64,000 nt of DNA from Candidatus Heimdallarchaeota archaeon. GTDB lineage: Archaea > Asgardarchaeota > Heimdallarchaeia > Heimdallarchaeales > Heimdallarchaeaceae. Position numbers and translations under genes: made by a program. Position 1 is the stretch's first letter. Every line of letters begins with the position of its first letter. Below the pieces are notes generated by a model that searched no databases, was not told the origin of the DNA, and was given only the letters and a program-made list of their open reading frames with translations. Location: NCBI GenBank assembly GCA_019057815.1, contig JAHLWR010000007.1:32001-96000 (forward strand), in the 5' to 3' direction. Shown here piece after piece: positions 42,191 to 53,251 of the stretch.

Positions 42191-43198
42191 TCTTTTTTGA
42201 ACCATTGAATCCCATAGTTTTTCCAATGTAGTTATTATACTTCTATCTCCATTCTCTTTATATAACATCGCTACCGCTGTGACAAAATATCCAAACCTCA
42301 CACTATGGCCTTCTGGCTTCTTCATTTTCCTTATTGGTCTATATTGTTGGAAATATTTACCTGTAAATCTTGATATATAGAATCGCGTTTTTGATCCTCT
42401 TATAACTGTAGAACTCAAATCGCTCATTTTTTTTTCTACTTTATCACTCTTATTATAAAAATATCTTCTTCTCTGTTCTGCAACGATTTCACTTCTTTTT
42501 CCAACAGAATGTTTATCTTTAGTTAGCTTTAAAAAGAAGAATCTGTTTTTTCCTCTCTTTTCAATAAATTTCTCAGCTAATTCCAGATAATCACTGTTTT
42601 TAGTTAATCTATATAATTTTATCAGAGCGAGTTCTATTTCTTCGTGTCCAGGAGTTTCCGATGGTGATAAGGACTTAAACCGATCTACCAATAAATCTGC
42701 AGCTTTAATACCAATTTTCAAAATATTGTCCTTTTTTGTAACAGCATAATAAGCAATTACTGCTTCTATTAAATGACCAATGACATACAATTCATGTTCA
42801 AATTGAAAATTTAACCATCGCTTGTTTGGGAAATGAAATTGATTGTAAGTAAAAATATATCCGTCATCATCTTGTGCATTTTCTACTAATTTAAAAAAAG
42901 AATCTAAAAGTTCCTCCAATTCCAGATTTCTATTTCGCTCTAAAATGTTTGCAGCTGCTTCTGCCCATTTATGAGCATCTGAATCAGAATAAAAGTAACC
43001 TTCTCGAAAACCCTCCTTCTCTTTTGCAACGAGACGGAAGTTATCAATAGTGTAACTTTTTTCTAGTTGTGTATATTGGTGAAATATTGCTTTCTCAGTA
43101 TTTGTTCGTTGAATCGATGACCAGAAGGAATCACTCACTTCTACTTGAGAAAAAGGTATAGTTCTAGACTTAGAATAAGGAGGTTGATACTCTTTCAT
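42185..43198 (-). pseudogene. 5' half of the GH127 glycoside hydrolase gene
   Basis: SDSDAHKWAEA, AQDDDGY, HELYVIGHLIEA, GHEEIELALIKLY, GHSVR; ends abruptly at LWDSMVQKR. Confidence 0.88.
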
Positions 43199-43255
43199 TT
43201 ATGTTTCGTTGTCTAATGTTGGCTGTATTTAATATTTTCTGGTAAAAAAACACAA

Positions 43256-43303
43256 TGAACTACTCCTACATGAAGTAAGTGGACTTCTGCAATCAACAGT
43301 TAA
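43256..43303 (-). mobile_element. IS200/IS605 (TnpB-type) right-end relic
   Basis: Minus strand ttaactgttgattgcagaagtccacttacttcatgtaggagtagttca; similar to 47916-47962; ends in TAGTTCA. Confidence 0.55.
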
Positions 43304-43359
43304 ACCATGGTTTTGAAGAATAAAAAGAAAAGAAAGAGAAAAAAGAAGATTGAGACTAT

Positions 43360-45525
43360 TTACTTTCTTTTTCGTAGCATAATTGGAACAACACTCAAAC
43401 ATACGAAACTAAGCGTTATTATTAGGATATTAGGTGCGTCAATTCCTATTGTAGTCGTATCATCAGTTGTTGTATTTGATGATCCATCTTCAGAAACATA
43501 GACTTCAACAGTATCAACAGCATAGTTATAGTAATCATCTTCGACATAAATCTCAAAGAAATAATGACCTATACCTAGAGTACTAAGATCTATTTCAACT
43601 ACATATGAAGGATAGTGCCATATTTCATTCATTATCTCTGTCCCGTTTTGCTTCACAGAAAAGTATCCAGGATGATCATCATAGATTTCCCATTTTAGTT
43701 TCATCGGGTCATGTATTTTGAGGTAGATTGGTTGATCAGGACTATTTATTACAGGATCAGTTATATCAATTATTTCTCCTTCTGCATGAATCTTTAGATA
43801 TAGAGTAGATTCATGACCAGAGAAGTCATAGGCATAGAATTCAAGATAGAATGTAGCAGAACCGAAAATATACTCCTCAAGATAGACATTTACCCAGTCA
43901 CCATCATAGTAATCACCGTTTAGTATCAGAGAATCATTCAAATATACTTCATAATAAGATGGATCATCATCGAATAGCTGATAATAAAGGATCTTAGGTG
44001 TACCAACACTATAATAGAAATCTCCATGAGGACCTTCAATTACTGGTGATCCTGGTGGTGTTCCTGGTATTACTCCTACATTGAGATAGTGCTCAAAGTA
44101 GTTACCTCCATCATCAAGTAATTCTAGTCTATAGGAATAATTACCTATCATTAGACCATAATCCCATAACCAATAAGTATCATTCAGATAACCTTCCCAT
44201 GTCTCATAGTGATTCCAAACAGAGGTACCATAATCATATTTATACACATTTAATGTCCAATTAGTATCAGCATAGATATCGAACCACTCATTGAAATCAC
44301 CTTCTACTACTTGTATAACGGTAGGTCCTTCAATATAACATGGCCATTCAGGTACTCTAGTTCTGAAATCTTCGACCCAGAAACGCCAAGTTGAGTTATG
44401 ATTGACATTATTTGAATCATATAGTTCTACTTGTATTTCATAATAGCTATATGGACCCCAGTATTCAAAATATGTTTCTGGTATTACTATCGAGTATATA
44501 CCCGCAGGAACATTACTCAAATAAGTATATGGTACTCCATCAACAAATAATTCGAAATCGATGATATCACCAAAATCAACTAGTGCAAAAGCAATAAATA
44601 AATCTGGTGTTAAATCAGTTAAGTCATTACAAGAAATCATGCCAAATGCAGGTATATCAGCATCTGTTACTGGATAATATGCAAATGAACACTCTCTAAG
44701 TAACCATGTTATCTTACCGATATATTCACCATGCTCATGTCCAGAAACAAAACAACCTAGAATTGAACTAAAACCTTCAAATTCATGGTCATAGCTATCG
44801 TACATATCTAAGAAATATCTAATTAGAGTACCTGTTGAATTATCTATGTAGAAAGTAAAATTATACTCATAATACTCATAATGAATATAATTAATATCAT
44901 AGTAGCTCCAATCATACTCGTAAGAATAAGCTTCCGAGTACCCATATTTATCTAGATAAAGCTCTTGTTCTACTCCATTAATAGTTACATTTTCAAACTC
45001 AGAACCAATATATATAGCTCCACCAAAATCAGTTGTTACATCCAAGTTAAGAACTGTAGAATAGACATCATAGGAAGATGCTTCAAAGAAACTTTCGCGA
45101 ACATCATCATAATGGAATGAGCTATCGTAATATTCTTCTTCCCACATTTCTGATATGAAGTTATATATGTAACTGGTTGATTCAGATTCTTGGTAACGAC
45201 CATATGATGATCGCGTATGGTTAGCATAAGCAATAGAGCCAACAACACCACTTGTAACATAACTACGTAATTCGTTCTGTGTTATTGAATCATGATATAC
45301 ATAATACCAATTGTCAAGACTTTCATTATACTGTGCATCTACTGCCAAAGTACTTTGATCACCGTGATATTCATCGTAGATTTCAACTGAGTAAAGCAGT
45401 TGATCACCATCAGTGAGAGTTTGATATGAGTTTACTGCATAATTTGAGGAAAATACTCCCACTAGAAGAGAAAATACTATACTTGCTATTATTAAAGAAC
45501 CCCTTTTATTCATCATGGTTTTCAC
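43360..45525 (-). CDS. Large acidic Tyr-rich surface protein with Ig-like repeats
   Basis: Signal peptide; D.NP/DDDP Ig-like repeats; Thr linker, IGIDAP, TM, RKRK; paralog of 49084-51297. Confidence 0.8.
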   Translation of the reverse strand: MKTMMNKRGSLIIASIVFSLLVGVFSSNYAVNSYQTLTDGDQLLYSVEIYDEYHGDQSTLAVDAQYNESLDNWYYVYHDSITQNELRSYVTSGVVGSIAYANHTRSSYGRYQESESTSYIYNFISEMWEEEYYDSSFHYDDVRESFFEASSYDVYSTVLNLDVTTDFGGAIYIGSEFENVTINGVEQELYLDKYGYSEAYSYEYDWSYYDINYIHYEYYEYNFTFYIDNSTGTLIRYFLDMYDSYDHEFEGFSSILGCFVSGHEHGEYIGKITWLLRECSFAYYPVTDADIPAFGMISCNDLTDLTPDLFIAFALVDFGDIIDFELFVDGVPYTYLSNVPAGIYSIVIPETYFEYWGPYSYYEIQVELYDSNNVNHNSTWRFWVEDFRTRVPEWPCYIEGPTVIQVVEGDFNEWFDIYADTNWTLNVYKYDYGTSVWNHYETWEGYLNDTYWLWDYGLMIGNYSYRLELLDDGGNYFEHYLNVGVIPGTPPGSPVIEGPHGDFYYSVGTPKILYYQLFDDDPSYYEVYLNDSLILNGDYYDGDWVNVYLEEYIFGSATFYLEFYAYDFSGHESTLYLKIHAEGEIIDITDPVINSPDQPIYLKIHDPMKLKWEIYDDHPGYFSVKQNGTEIMNEIWHYPSYVVEIDLSTLGIGHYFFEIYVEDDYYNYAVDTVEVYVSEDGSSNTTTDDTTTIGIDAPNILIITLSFVCLSVVPIMLRKRK

Positions 45526-45630
45526 CTAACTTAATATATTCACATTCTAATATATAAAAACTGTTAACAGCATGACCTCTATTAAGTAGATGAATATCAT
45601 TAACAAAAGAGAAAAAAAAGAAGTTGAGAT

Positions 45631-46464
45631 TTATTGCTTTTCATGAGCTTCATCATAGAAATGAAGTTTGTGCAACCATTTACCATCTTTAGCATGTGGA
45701 AGTTTTATTAAATGATTAGTACCTTTCTCTAACTCTCTTATTTCATCCGCAAGAAGACTTGCCTGTCTAACCATTTCATGAGCTGCTGCAAGTTTGATTA
45801 AGGAAACATTTCGATCTTTTTCAACGTACATCCCATTGACATTTTGTTTTCCTGCTTGTTTAAGTATCTCAAGAGCAGCCATTGCTTTTGACGCAGAATA
45901 ACCATTAGAAAATGGATGATCTGTAACTATAGCTTTCGAGGATAAGAGTTTAAATGGTAACTTAGGTTCTTCACTATTCTTAAGATTTTCAATTACTGAA
46001 TCTAGCTGTTTAGTGATGAATGAAAAGACACCACAAGCACTAAAAGCAGATATGATATGTCCGTTGAATATTCCCATTTCTGAAGGATCTAAGAAATCTT
46101 TCTTAGCGCCTATCATGGGATCAAAGGGAGCTATCATGTAACCAATCCCTGCTTCTTTCCATGATGCACGTAATTCTTTGTCTGCTTCGTCTGAGATAAC
46201 GATTAAAGGATATTTTCCTTTTAATTTTTCAACCAAGTATTTAGGTCCTTCAAGATTCGCATTTGGTGAAACAGCAACAACTAAGTCTGTAGGAATATGT
46301 TCCAACAAATCTATCAATTCTTGTGCATTGGCTTCTTTCAATTTAGTCGAAGATGAAATAACTTTACAGTTGATATCTGTTCGACTTGCCCGTTCGTCTA
46401 GCATAATATCTACTAGAGTTGTAAGAGTTATATTACCTAGTTTAATGAATGTTATATTAACCAT
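45631..46464 (-). CDS. mtd: F420-dependent methylene-H4MPT dehydrogenase
   Basis: KLGNI, LDERA.R.DI, SPNA..EGP, DPMIGAKKDFLDPSEM, AAHEM. Confidence 0.88.
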   Translation of the reverse strand: MVNITFIKLGNITLTTLVDIMLDERASRTDINCKVISSSTKLKEANAQELIDLLEHIPTDLVVAVSPNANLEGPKYLVEKLKGKYPLIVISDEADKELRASWKEAGIGYMIAPFDPMIGAKKDFLDPSEMGIFNGHIISAFSACGVFSFITKQLDSVIENLKNSEEPKLPFKLLSSKAIVTDHPFSNGYSASKAMAALEILKQAGKQNVNGMYVEKDRNVSLIKLAAAHEMVRQASLLADEIRELEKGTNHLIKLPHAKDGKWLHKLHFYDEAHEKQ

Positions 46465-46551
46465 TGTAATCGAAAAAAATTATTTATTCTCTTTAAAAAG
46501 TTCTTTGGTCTACCTCGAAAGAAAAGTAAAAATGGATATTTTTAAGAATGA

Positions 46552-47289
46552 TTGAATTTAATAGAATGTAGAATGAAAAAAGACGCTGTACTAATCGGGA
46601 CTGTTTCAGTGATTATCATCACTCTTACTTTATCTCTTCTCAATATTTACGTGTTCCCAGATTTGTATTTTAAGCTTGATATCTATAGAAACACGGATAA
46701 CCCAATTAAGCGTGATATTCTACTAGACTTAGAGGGTATTGGAGTTAATTCGTCTTTTTTCGATGATTTGAATAGAACAGCATATGAAGATTTTATGGAA
46801 TATGCGATTGTGAATATATCTAGAATGATAACTCTAGCTGAAGAACGTAAATCAGCTGCTTATGATATGGATACTTCTATCCTACTCAAAAGGAACAAAC
46901 TTATCTATAACGGGACGATTATAGGAGTTACACCAAATTCTACAATTTACAAGAACTGGATAGAAGAGATTTATAAGGAAAGCTCTAACATTAATTATTT
47001 TGGTTATACAAATGAAACTTATGACTTTAATATATCCTCAAACTTTGAAGAATTAGGTACTTATCCTTTCGATTTTGAACCCATTTTCAACGCCATAGAT
47101 GACATATTTAATGATACAAATAGAGATTTAACTTATATTATCTTTCAGTCTGTATCTTATTCCGAAAATAGAGGATTTCTTTCTGATTACTCTACAGATT
47201 TCCAACGTCTAATTTTCACCAATTCCCATGGAGACATCATCTTTTTCCTCTCAAATGAAGGAGTTTGGGTGGAACCTTCACTATTCTAA
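46552..47289 (+). CDS. Hypothetical protein with N-terminal membrane anchor
   Basis: N-terminal TM followed by a soluble domain. Confidence 0.6.
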   Translation: MNLIECRMKKDAVLIGTVSVIIITLTLSLLNIYVFPDLYFKLDIYRNTDNPIKRDILLDLEGIGVNSSFFDDLNRTAYEDFMEYAIVNISRMITLAEERKSAAYDMDTSILLKRNKLIYNGTIIGVTPNSTIYKNWIEEIYKESSNINYFGYTNETYDFNISSNFEELGTYPFDFEPIFNAIDDIFNDTNRDLTYIIFQSVSYSENRGFLSDYSTDFQRLIFTNSHGDIIFFLSNEGVWVEPSLF

Positions 47290-47362
47290 TTGGCATCATT
47301 TTTTATTCCAATTCTTTTGCATCTCACTAAAGCTTTTTATTTGGATATATTTATGTTAATTT

Positions 47363-47875
47363 ATGGCTCAAGTTAATCAAGATAGTAGACCATACAGTTT
47401 CAAAGTTAGGGAAAGATTTTTCACTTTCTTTCGAAAGTCATTTGATATTTTTGACGAAGCAACTGACCAAAAGATCTATCAGGCAACTAGAGTGTTTTTC
47501 TCTTTCACACCCACTTTACTGATCAAAGATATGGCAGGAGTAGTTATTGCTAAATTGAAATCGAACTACTTTTTTCAAAATCGTTGGAAAATAAACATGG
47601 GAGAAAACCTAGTTGGTGAGATTGAATTCCCAATCATCAGATTCTGTGGAATAAAATTCACTGTTCATCTTGCTGGAGATATTTATGAAGCATCTGATAT
47701 TGTAGGTTGGAATTTTACTGCTAGAAACACACAAGGAGTTATCGGTTTCACTCTTGATAGAAAGTTTTTCAGAATAAGAGATACCTACAAAGTAACAGTA
47801 TTCCAACCCATGGATCCTATTTTTGGACTTGCATGTGCTTTAGCTATAGATAGTAAATTCTACAGAGATAAATAA
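47363..47875 (+). CDS. LURP-one/scramblase (Tubby C-like) protein
   Basis: FKVRERFF, F.I.D, RKFFRIRDTY.V, ALAID. Confidence 0.8.
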   Translation: MAQVNQDSRPYSFKVRERFFTFFRKSFDIFDEATDQKIYQATRVFFSFTPTLLIKDMAGVVIAKLKSNYFFQNRWKINMGENLVGEIEFPIIRFCGIKFTVHLAGDIYEASDIVGWNFTARNTQGVIGFTLDRKFFRIRDTYKVTVFQPMDPIFGLACALAIDSKFYRDK

Positions 47876-47915
47876 TAGAAAGCTTAAAATTTATAAAAAC
47901 CTATTTTTGTTTTTT

Positions 47916-47962
47916 TTAACTGTTTGTAGCAGAAGTCCCCTTTCTTTATGTAGGAGTATTTC
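47916..47962 (+). mobile_element. IS200/IS605 (TnpB-type) right-end relic
   Basis: ttaactgtttgtagcagaagtcccctttctttatgtaggagtatttc; inverted homolog of 43256-43303. Confidence 0.55.
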
Positions 47963-48004
47963 TTTTGGGAGAATATTTAAGAGTTATAAATTACTTCTTT
48001 TATT

Positions 48005-49075
48005 GTGCGAATCAAAAGCTTAGGTTTAGAGAATGTGCGTGCTGTAGAATGGATTGACACAACACAGGAAATACGTCTAATTGATCAACGATTAATACCT
48101 TTTGAAATATCTTTCACCAATCTGTCTACTACATTGGAAGTAAATGATGCAATTAAAACAATGGTGGTTAGGGGAGCTCCAGCTATTGGTGTTACAGCCG
48201 CATATGGAATGGTTTTAGCAGTCAAAGAAACTCTTGATTTTCCCCCTGAAAAAAGGTTCTATGTCATCAAAGAGAAATATGATGAATTGATTACAACCCG
48301 TCCTACAGCTGTAGATTTAGAGAATTGTGCAAGAAAAGTTTTGGATGTAGCTATTGAATCCAATTATTCGATAGAAAAAGCTCTTAAAAGTGCCCAAAAC
48401 ATTACAGAAGAAATTTTGACGCAATGTAAACAGATAGGGATAGAAGGAGAAAGGATAATAGAAGACAACGATTCTATACTCACTCATTGTCATGCTGGAG
48501 CACTAGCTACTGTCGATTACGGTACTGCTTTAGCCCCGATTCATCGTGCTCATAATAATGGAAAAAACCTAATAGTTTTTGTGGATGAAACAAGACCAAG
48601 GTTACAAGGAGCAAAGATTACAGCGTGGGAACTTTCAGAAAATGGTATTAATCATCATATTATAACAGATAATATGGCAGCACACTTCATGTCAGAAGGT
48701 AGAATTAAGAAAGTAATTCTAGGAGCTGATAGATGCTTGTTAGATGGATCTATAGTAAATAAAATAGGGACACTCAACGTAGCTATAATTGCTAAACATT
48801 ATGACATTCCTTTTTATTCAGCTTTTCCATGGTCAACAATTGACTATAACTCAGAATCAGCTGAAGATGTAGAAATTGAATATAGAGATGAGAACGAAGT
48901 TAAATATGTAAAAATAAATAAGGAAGAAATCTTGATAGCTAATGACTCATCACCTGCACTGAATCCTGCTTTTGATATTACTCCTCAAAATCTAATAACA
49001 GGATATATAACACCAAAAGGCGTAATTGATAGATTAGAATTAAAAGAATATATAGAAAAAGAAAGAAAAAATTAA
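48005..49075 (+). CDS. mtnA: S-methyl-5-thioribose-1-phosphate isomerase
   Basis: IDQR, VRGAPAIG, RPTAV, THCHAGALAT, ETRPRLQG, NKIGT, NPAFDITP. Confidence 0.9.
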   Translation: MRIKSLGLENVRAVEWIDTTQEIRLIDQRLIPFEISFTNLSTTLEVNDAIKTMVVRGAPAIGVTAAYGMVLAVKETLDFPPEKRFYVIKEKYDELITTRPTAVDLENCARKVLDVAIESNYSIEKALKSAQNITEEILTQCKQIGIEGERIIEDNDSILTHCHAGALATVDYGTALAPIHRAHNNGKNLIVFVDETRPRLQGAKITAWELSENGINHHIITDNMAAHFMSEGRIKKVILGADRCLLDGSIVNKIGTLNVAIIAKHYDIPFYSAFPWSTIDYNSESAEDVEIEYRDENEVKYVKINKEEILIANDSSPALNPAFDITPQNLITGYITPKGVIDRLELKEYIEKERKN

Positions 49076-49083
49076 GAAGGATT

Positions 49084-51297
49084 TTACCTTCTACGTTTGA
49101 GTATTATTGCAAGTCCTGAAACACTGAGAACACTTAATAAGGCAATGAGCGCAGTAGGAGCTTCTATACCAATGGTTTGTGTATCAGTTGTTTCTGTAGT
49201 TTCTGTAGTTTCTGTGGTATTTGTTGGGGTAGTTGTTGAGGTAGTTGTTGGGGTAGTTGTAGTTGATATGATGGTGTCACCAAGAGCATATATATCTAGG
49301 TGTATTTCAGTCGTGTAACCATCATTGTCAAATGCTTCTAACACCAGATGATAAGTACCATTTGTAAATATGTAGGAATCTAAATCAATTGAAATCCATT
49401 CACCACCATAATAATCATCTGTGAATACCATAATACCGTTTATCCACAATTTGTAGTGCGTAGGATTATCGTCTTTAAGTTGATATGAGAGAGTTTCACC
49501 AGTTCCCACATCATAATAATAATCACCAGTAGGACCAAGTATCTCGGGAGGTGAGATAATTCCATTATTAGCATACAAATCTAGATGGATCGTAGTCATG
49601 TAATTATCACCGTCAGCTGCGTCTATCATAAGATGATAAGTACCACTTGTAGAAATGTAGGAATCTAGATCAATTGAAATCCATTCACCATCATAATAAT
49701 CATCAGTTAGGATAACGTAACCATCTAGCCATACAGTGTAAATGGTAGGATTATCGTCTTTGAATTGATATAAGAGAGTTTCACCAGTTCCCACATCATA
49801 GTAATAATCTCCTGTTGGACCCATTATCACTGGAGTATCAGCTGGATTTACATGAACGTGCAAGATTATTTCAGAAGTTTCATTAACAACATCTATCAGT
49901 TGAAGTTTGTAGTAATAGTCTCCTACAGTTAGTCCATAATCCCATAGCCAAATATCAGTTGTTTTATAACCAGAATGATAATCATAAGAGAAGAAACCAA
50001 ATCCATCATCTTTGAATATTTCAAGTACCCAAGAAGTATCAGAGTTAATTCTAAACATTACGTCAAGTTCTTCGTTTTCATTTATTTCGATGTAATTTGG
50101 TCCGTCTAACCATGAAGGCCAATCAGGAATTACATACCTTTTATCATAAATGTCTAGCCACCAGGATGAGTTGTGTTCAAAGTTGAATTCATCATAAACA
50201 ACAATATCAACATAATGATAGTTATAAAAACCATCAAAAGGCAGATCTGCTACAAGGATATTGAAAGTGTAATATCCTGACACCATATGGTGATAAGTAG
50301 AATATAGAACATCATTGACATATATCTCAACCATCATATCGTTAGAAGAATCTTGAAGTATTACTTCTATAGGCACAATAACGGTACTATTGTCCACTTC
50401 AGGATAGTTTTGAATTAAAACTAATGGAAGGCTAGCATCCATTACAGGAGAGAATGCTGCTGTTGTTTCAAATAGTCTTCCGTTAAGGAAATAAATACTG
50501 TAAGATTGTATATCTATCTCAACATTACATCCTAAATCAGAACTATAGCCATAAAAATACCCATTGGTGTAGGATTCATAAGTTACCTCGTAACCTAGTA
50601 GAAAACCATTTACTGCATCAACGTAATAGATGTAAGTATCAATAGTAATTTCTTCACAACTGAAACTGATATCAAAGAATGAAACATCATAGTAATAGTA
50701 ATTGGTTACTTGACCTGCATAAACATCAACAATGAATGCTTGCTCTATACCATTGATAATGTAACTTTCCGGAACAGTATAATCTAAAATAGTATCACTG
50801 AAACTATACATTGGATCAAAATTCAATGTGTCATTATAAACATCCATACCCCAATAGAGTTCATAATAGCTATAAACATCGTCATGATCCCAATAGTAAT
50901 CATTTTCGTAATCCAAAAACCATGTTTCTGATGGATAATCATACGATTCATGTCGGAAGTATTCGTGACCATAATAACCATAGCTTGTGGTTGTTGAGTT
51001 ATAATTACCACTTGAAACGAAAGCCCAGTTGATGTTGTAACTTCTTACAGCATCTTCATCCCACTCATAAAAACTAGTTTCACTATAAGAGTGAAATATA
51101 GGATCGGTTTCTAGTTCAGACCAATACATATAATCAGAAGTGTATTCACTACTAAAATGTTCTTGATATAACAGCTCGTCACCAGCATTAAGGTCTTGAT
51201 AAAAAATCCCTGCTGGAACGCTTGAAATACTCCCAAGACTAAGTGTTGAGAGTACTAATATAATAAATACAATTGAACCCCTTTTCAAAAGCATCAC
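49084..51297 (-). CDS. Large acidic Tyr-rich surface protein with a duplicated Ig-like domain
   Basis: GPTGDYYYDVGTGETL..Q.KDDNPT x2; Thr-rich tandem repeats (~49190-49266); IGIEAP, TM, KRRR. Confidence 0.82.
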   Translation of the reverse strand: MMLLKRGSIVFIILVLSTLSLGSISSVPAGIFYQDLNAGDELLYQEHFSSEYTSDYMYWSELETDPIFHSYSETSFYEWDEDAVRSYNINWAFVSSGNYNSTTTSYGYYGHEYFRHESYDYPSETWFLDYENDYYWDHDDVYSYYELYWGMDVYNDTLNFDPMYSFSDTILDYTVPESYIINGIEQAFIVDVYAGQVTNYYYYDVSFFDISFSCEEITIDTYIYYVDAVNGFLLGYEVTYESYTNGYFYGYSSDLGCNVEIDIQSYSIYFLNGRLFETTAAFSPVMDASLPLVLIQNYPEVDNSTVIVPIEVILQDSSNDMMVEIYVNDVLYSTYHHMVSGYYTFNILVADLPFDGFYNYHYVDIVVYDEFNFEHNSSWWLDIYDKRYVIPDWPSWLDGPNYIEINENEELDVMFRINSDTSWVLEIFKDDGFGFFSYDYHSGYKTTDIWLWDYGLTVGDYYYKLQLIDVVNETSEIILHVHVNPADTPVIMGPTGDYYYDVGTGETLLYQFKDDNPTIYTVWLDGYVILTDDYYDGEWISIDLDSYISTSGTYHLMIDAADGDNYMTTIHLDLYANNGIISPPEILGPTGDYYYDVGTGETLSYQLKDDNPTHYKLWINGIMVFTDDYYGGEWISIDLDSYIFTNGTYHLVLEAFDNDGYTTEIHLDIYALGDTIISTTTTPTTTSTTTPTNTTETTETTETTDTQTIGIEAPTALIALLSVLSVSGLAIILKRRR

Positions 51298-51453
51298 TAG
51301 GTAAAATAAGGATATTATTACTTATAAACTCAATGTTTTAGGAAAGATTACAAAGTAAAAAAAGGAAAAAGAGGTTATTAGAATTTTATCAGTTTATCTT
51401 ACTAGAACAAATTTTATAAGGAAAAAACTGAAGATTAGAGAGAGCAAAGCTTG

Positions 51454-52296
51454 CTATTTAGCTATAAGCTTAGAAGAGATTTTCGTTTGTTCAACATATT
51501 TTTTGAGTATCTCATAATCTTCTGGAAGATCCATGTCCATAGCAAAACCAGGGTCTTCAACTAATATTATATCCACTTTACATTTGAATGCTCTTTCAAT
51601 ACCAATTATAGCATCTCTTACTTTTGCTACTTTGAGCAAGACTTTCAGAATCCTGTACCATGACCTAGGAGCTCGAGCAACGAATTTTACCATTACATTA
51701 AACGATCTTTGCTTTCTTCTATTTGAAAATTCTTGGATTATTTCTCCTTTTTCTTCTATAATTTTTGGGCTCATTGCTAACATCTCTCCTTGAATCAAAT
51801 TACAATCTCTAAATTTGGCTGGGGCTCTTTTTGAGTCTGGAAAAGCTAGCTCAACTATTTCTTGTTCAACAACGCCTAGAAGAACATCATATTTTTCGTA
51901 TTTTTGTAACTGCGAGTAGAATGAATCTATACTTTTAACACTTATTCCTGGTACATCAGCATTTACAAAAACAATATTCACCGGATCTTCACCTTTATTC
52001 TTCAAATATTCTAATCCTTCTTTAGCTTTAACAATAAAATCAGATGCAGTTTCTACAGGAATGAACTCTATATCTCCTTTTAATTCAACGTCCTCTTCTT
52101 TTAAACCCACCACATATATTTTCTCTACAAATTGTGATTTTAATAATTCGTCTAGAACCCATTGAATTACAGGTTTTCCCAACATTGGTAGTAAAATTTT
52201 AGATTTGTATTTCTCTTCAGGATCTAGAATTTCCATAATCTTTCTTCTCTTTACATCTCTCCCAGCCATCAGAAAAGTAGGATATTTGACTACCAT
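51454..52296 (-). CDS. MobA-like NTP-transferase family protein
   Basis: LMAG, K.LLPMLGKPVIQWVL, NADVP, MDMDLPEDY. Confidence 0.75.
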   Translation of the reverse strand: MVVKYPTFLMAGRDVKRRKIMEILDPEEKYKSKILLPMLGKPVIQWVLDELLKSQFVEKIYVVGLKEEDVELKGDIEFIPVETASDFIVKAKEGLEYLKNKGEDPVNIVFVNADVPGISVKSIDSFYSQLQKYEKYDVLLGVVEQEIVELAFPDSKRAPAKFRDCNLIQGEMLAMSPKIIEEKGEIIQEFSNRRKQRSFNVMVKFVARAPRSWYRILKVLLKVAKVRDAIIGIERAFKCKVDIILVEDPGFAMDMDLPEDYEILKKYVEQTKISSKLIAK

Positions 52297-52524
52297 ATTA
52301 AACTCACAATTTCCTTTTTAATAAGGAAAACTAGCATCTATTTATGCTTTTCTTCTCGTTTATCCAATAAAAAATAATGCTCTGTCAAACCTTTACGTTA
52401 GAACTTTAATAGAATTATTTTGCGGGAAGAGTCAAAATCCTTGTTTGATTTTATTTTTTTTTCTAAAACAATATTTAAACTATAAGGGAATCATTTATAT
52501 GGAATTCTTTTTACAAAAAAGCTA

Positions 52525-53211
52525 ATGTTACCCGGAACATTATCTCTAATTATTTTCTCTATAGAATTTATTATATTGTTAGGGGTTATAATATTCAACC
52601 GCGACCATAAATTGTTTTGGTCAATAGTTGCAATGTTAACTCTGCTACAATTGTACCAGCTATCTGAATTTCTAATCTGTATAGGTATAGGTTTAAACAT
52701 AACAGGCAGGATAGGATATGTGATAATCACTTTCTTACCAGCTACAGGATATTACATGGCTTCAAGAATTGTTAAGTGGAAATATCCCGATTATTTAGTT
52801 TTTTTTGCTTTAGCAACAGGATTTTCACTGTACTACTTGATTGTACCCACATCTATCAGTTTAGTTAACTGCAACCCACTTTATGCTATATATCAAAGCG
52901 AAATATCCATTTTGTATACATCCTACTATATGAGTTCAATACTTTATAGCATCTTGTTCTTACTTGCTCATCTGATTTGGAGAAAAGATAAAATAGACTC
53001 AAAAACGAGTTTAATATTTATAATAGGCTACCTATCATTTCTAGTTCCCATGATCTTAATGATTTGGATCGATTCTGCTTTCAAAATGAAAGTAACTAGT
53101 ATTATGTGCAAATATGCTTTATCTCTTGCTGTTATTCTAGGCGCATTCTCTTTCGTGAAACCTAAAAATATAGATGAAGTTGAAGAAGTAGTGGAGGAGA
53201 AACTTGACTAA
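52525..53211 (+). CDS. 7-TM membrane protein
   Basis: Seven hydrophobic segments; LQLYQLSEFLIC, S.MCKYA. Confidence 0.7.
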   Translation: MLPGTLSLIIFSIEFIILLGVIIFNRDHKLFWSIVAMLTLLQLYQLSEFLICIGIGLNITGRIGYVIITFLPATGYYMASRIVKWKYPDYLVFFALATGFSLYYLIVPTSISLVNCNPLYAIYQSEISILYTSYYMSSILYSILFLLAHLIWRKDKIDSKTSLIFIIGYLSFLVPMILMIWIDSAFKMKVTSIMCKYALSLAVILGAFSFVKPKNIDEVEEVVEEKLD

Positions 53212-53251
53212 ATTTTATGTTCTACAATTTTACTTATTTCATTTCTTCTTT

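Noticed and set aside
48005-49075. eIF2B subunit or ribose-1,5-bisphosphate isomerase
   Set aside because: IDQR, THCHAGALAT and LQGAKITAWEL fit MtnA better
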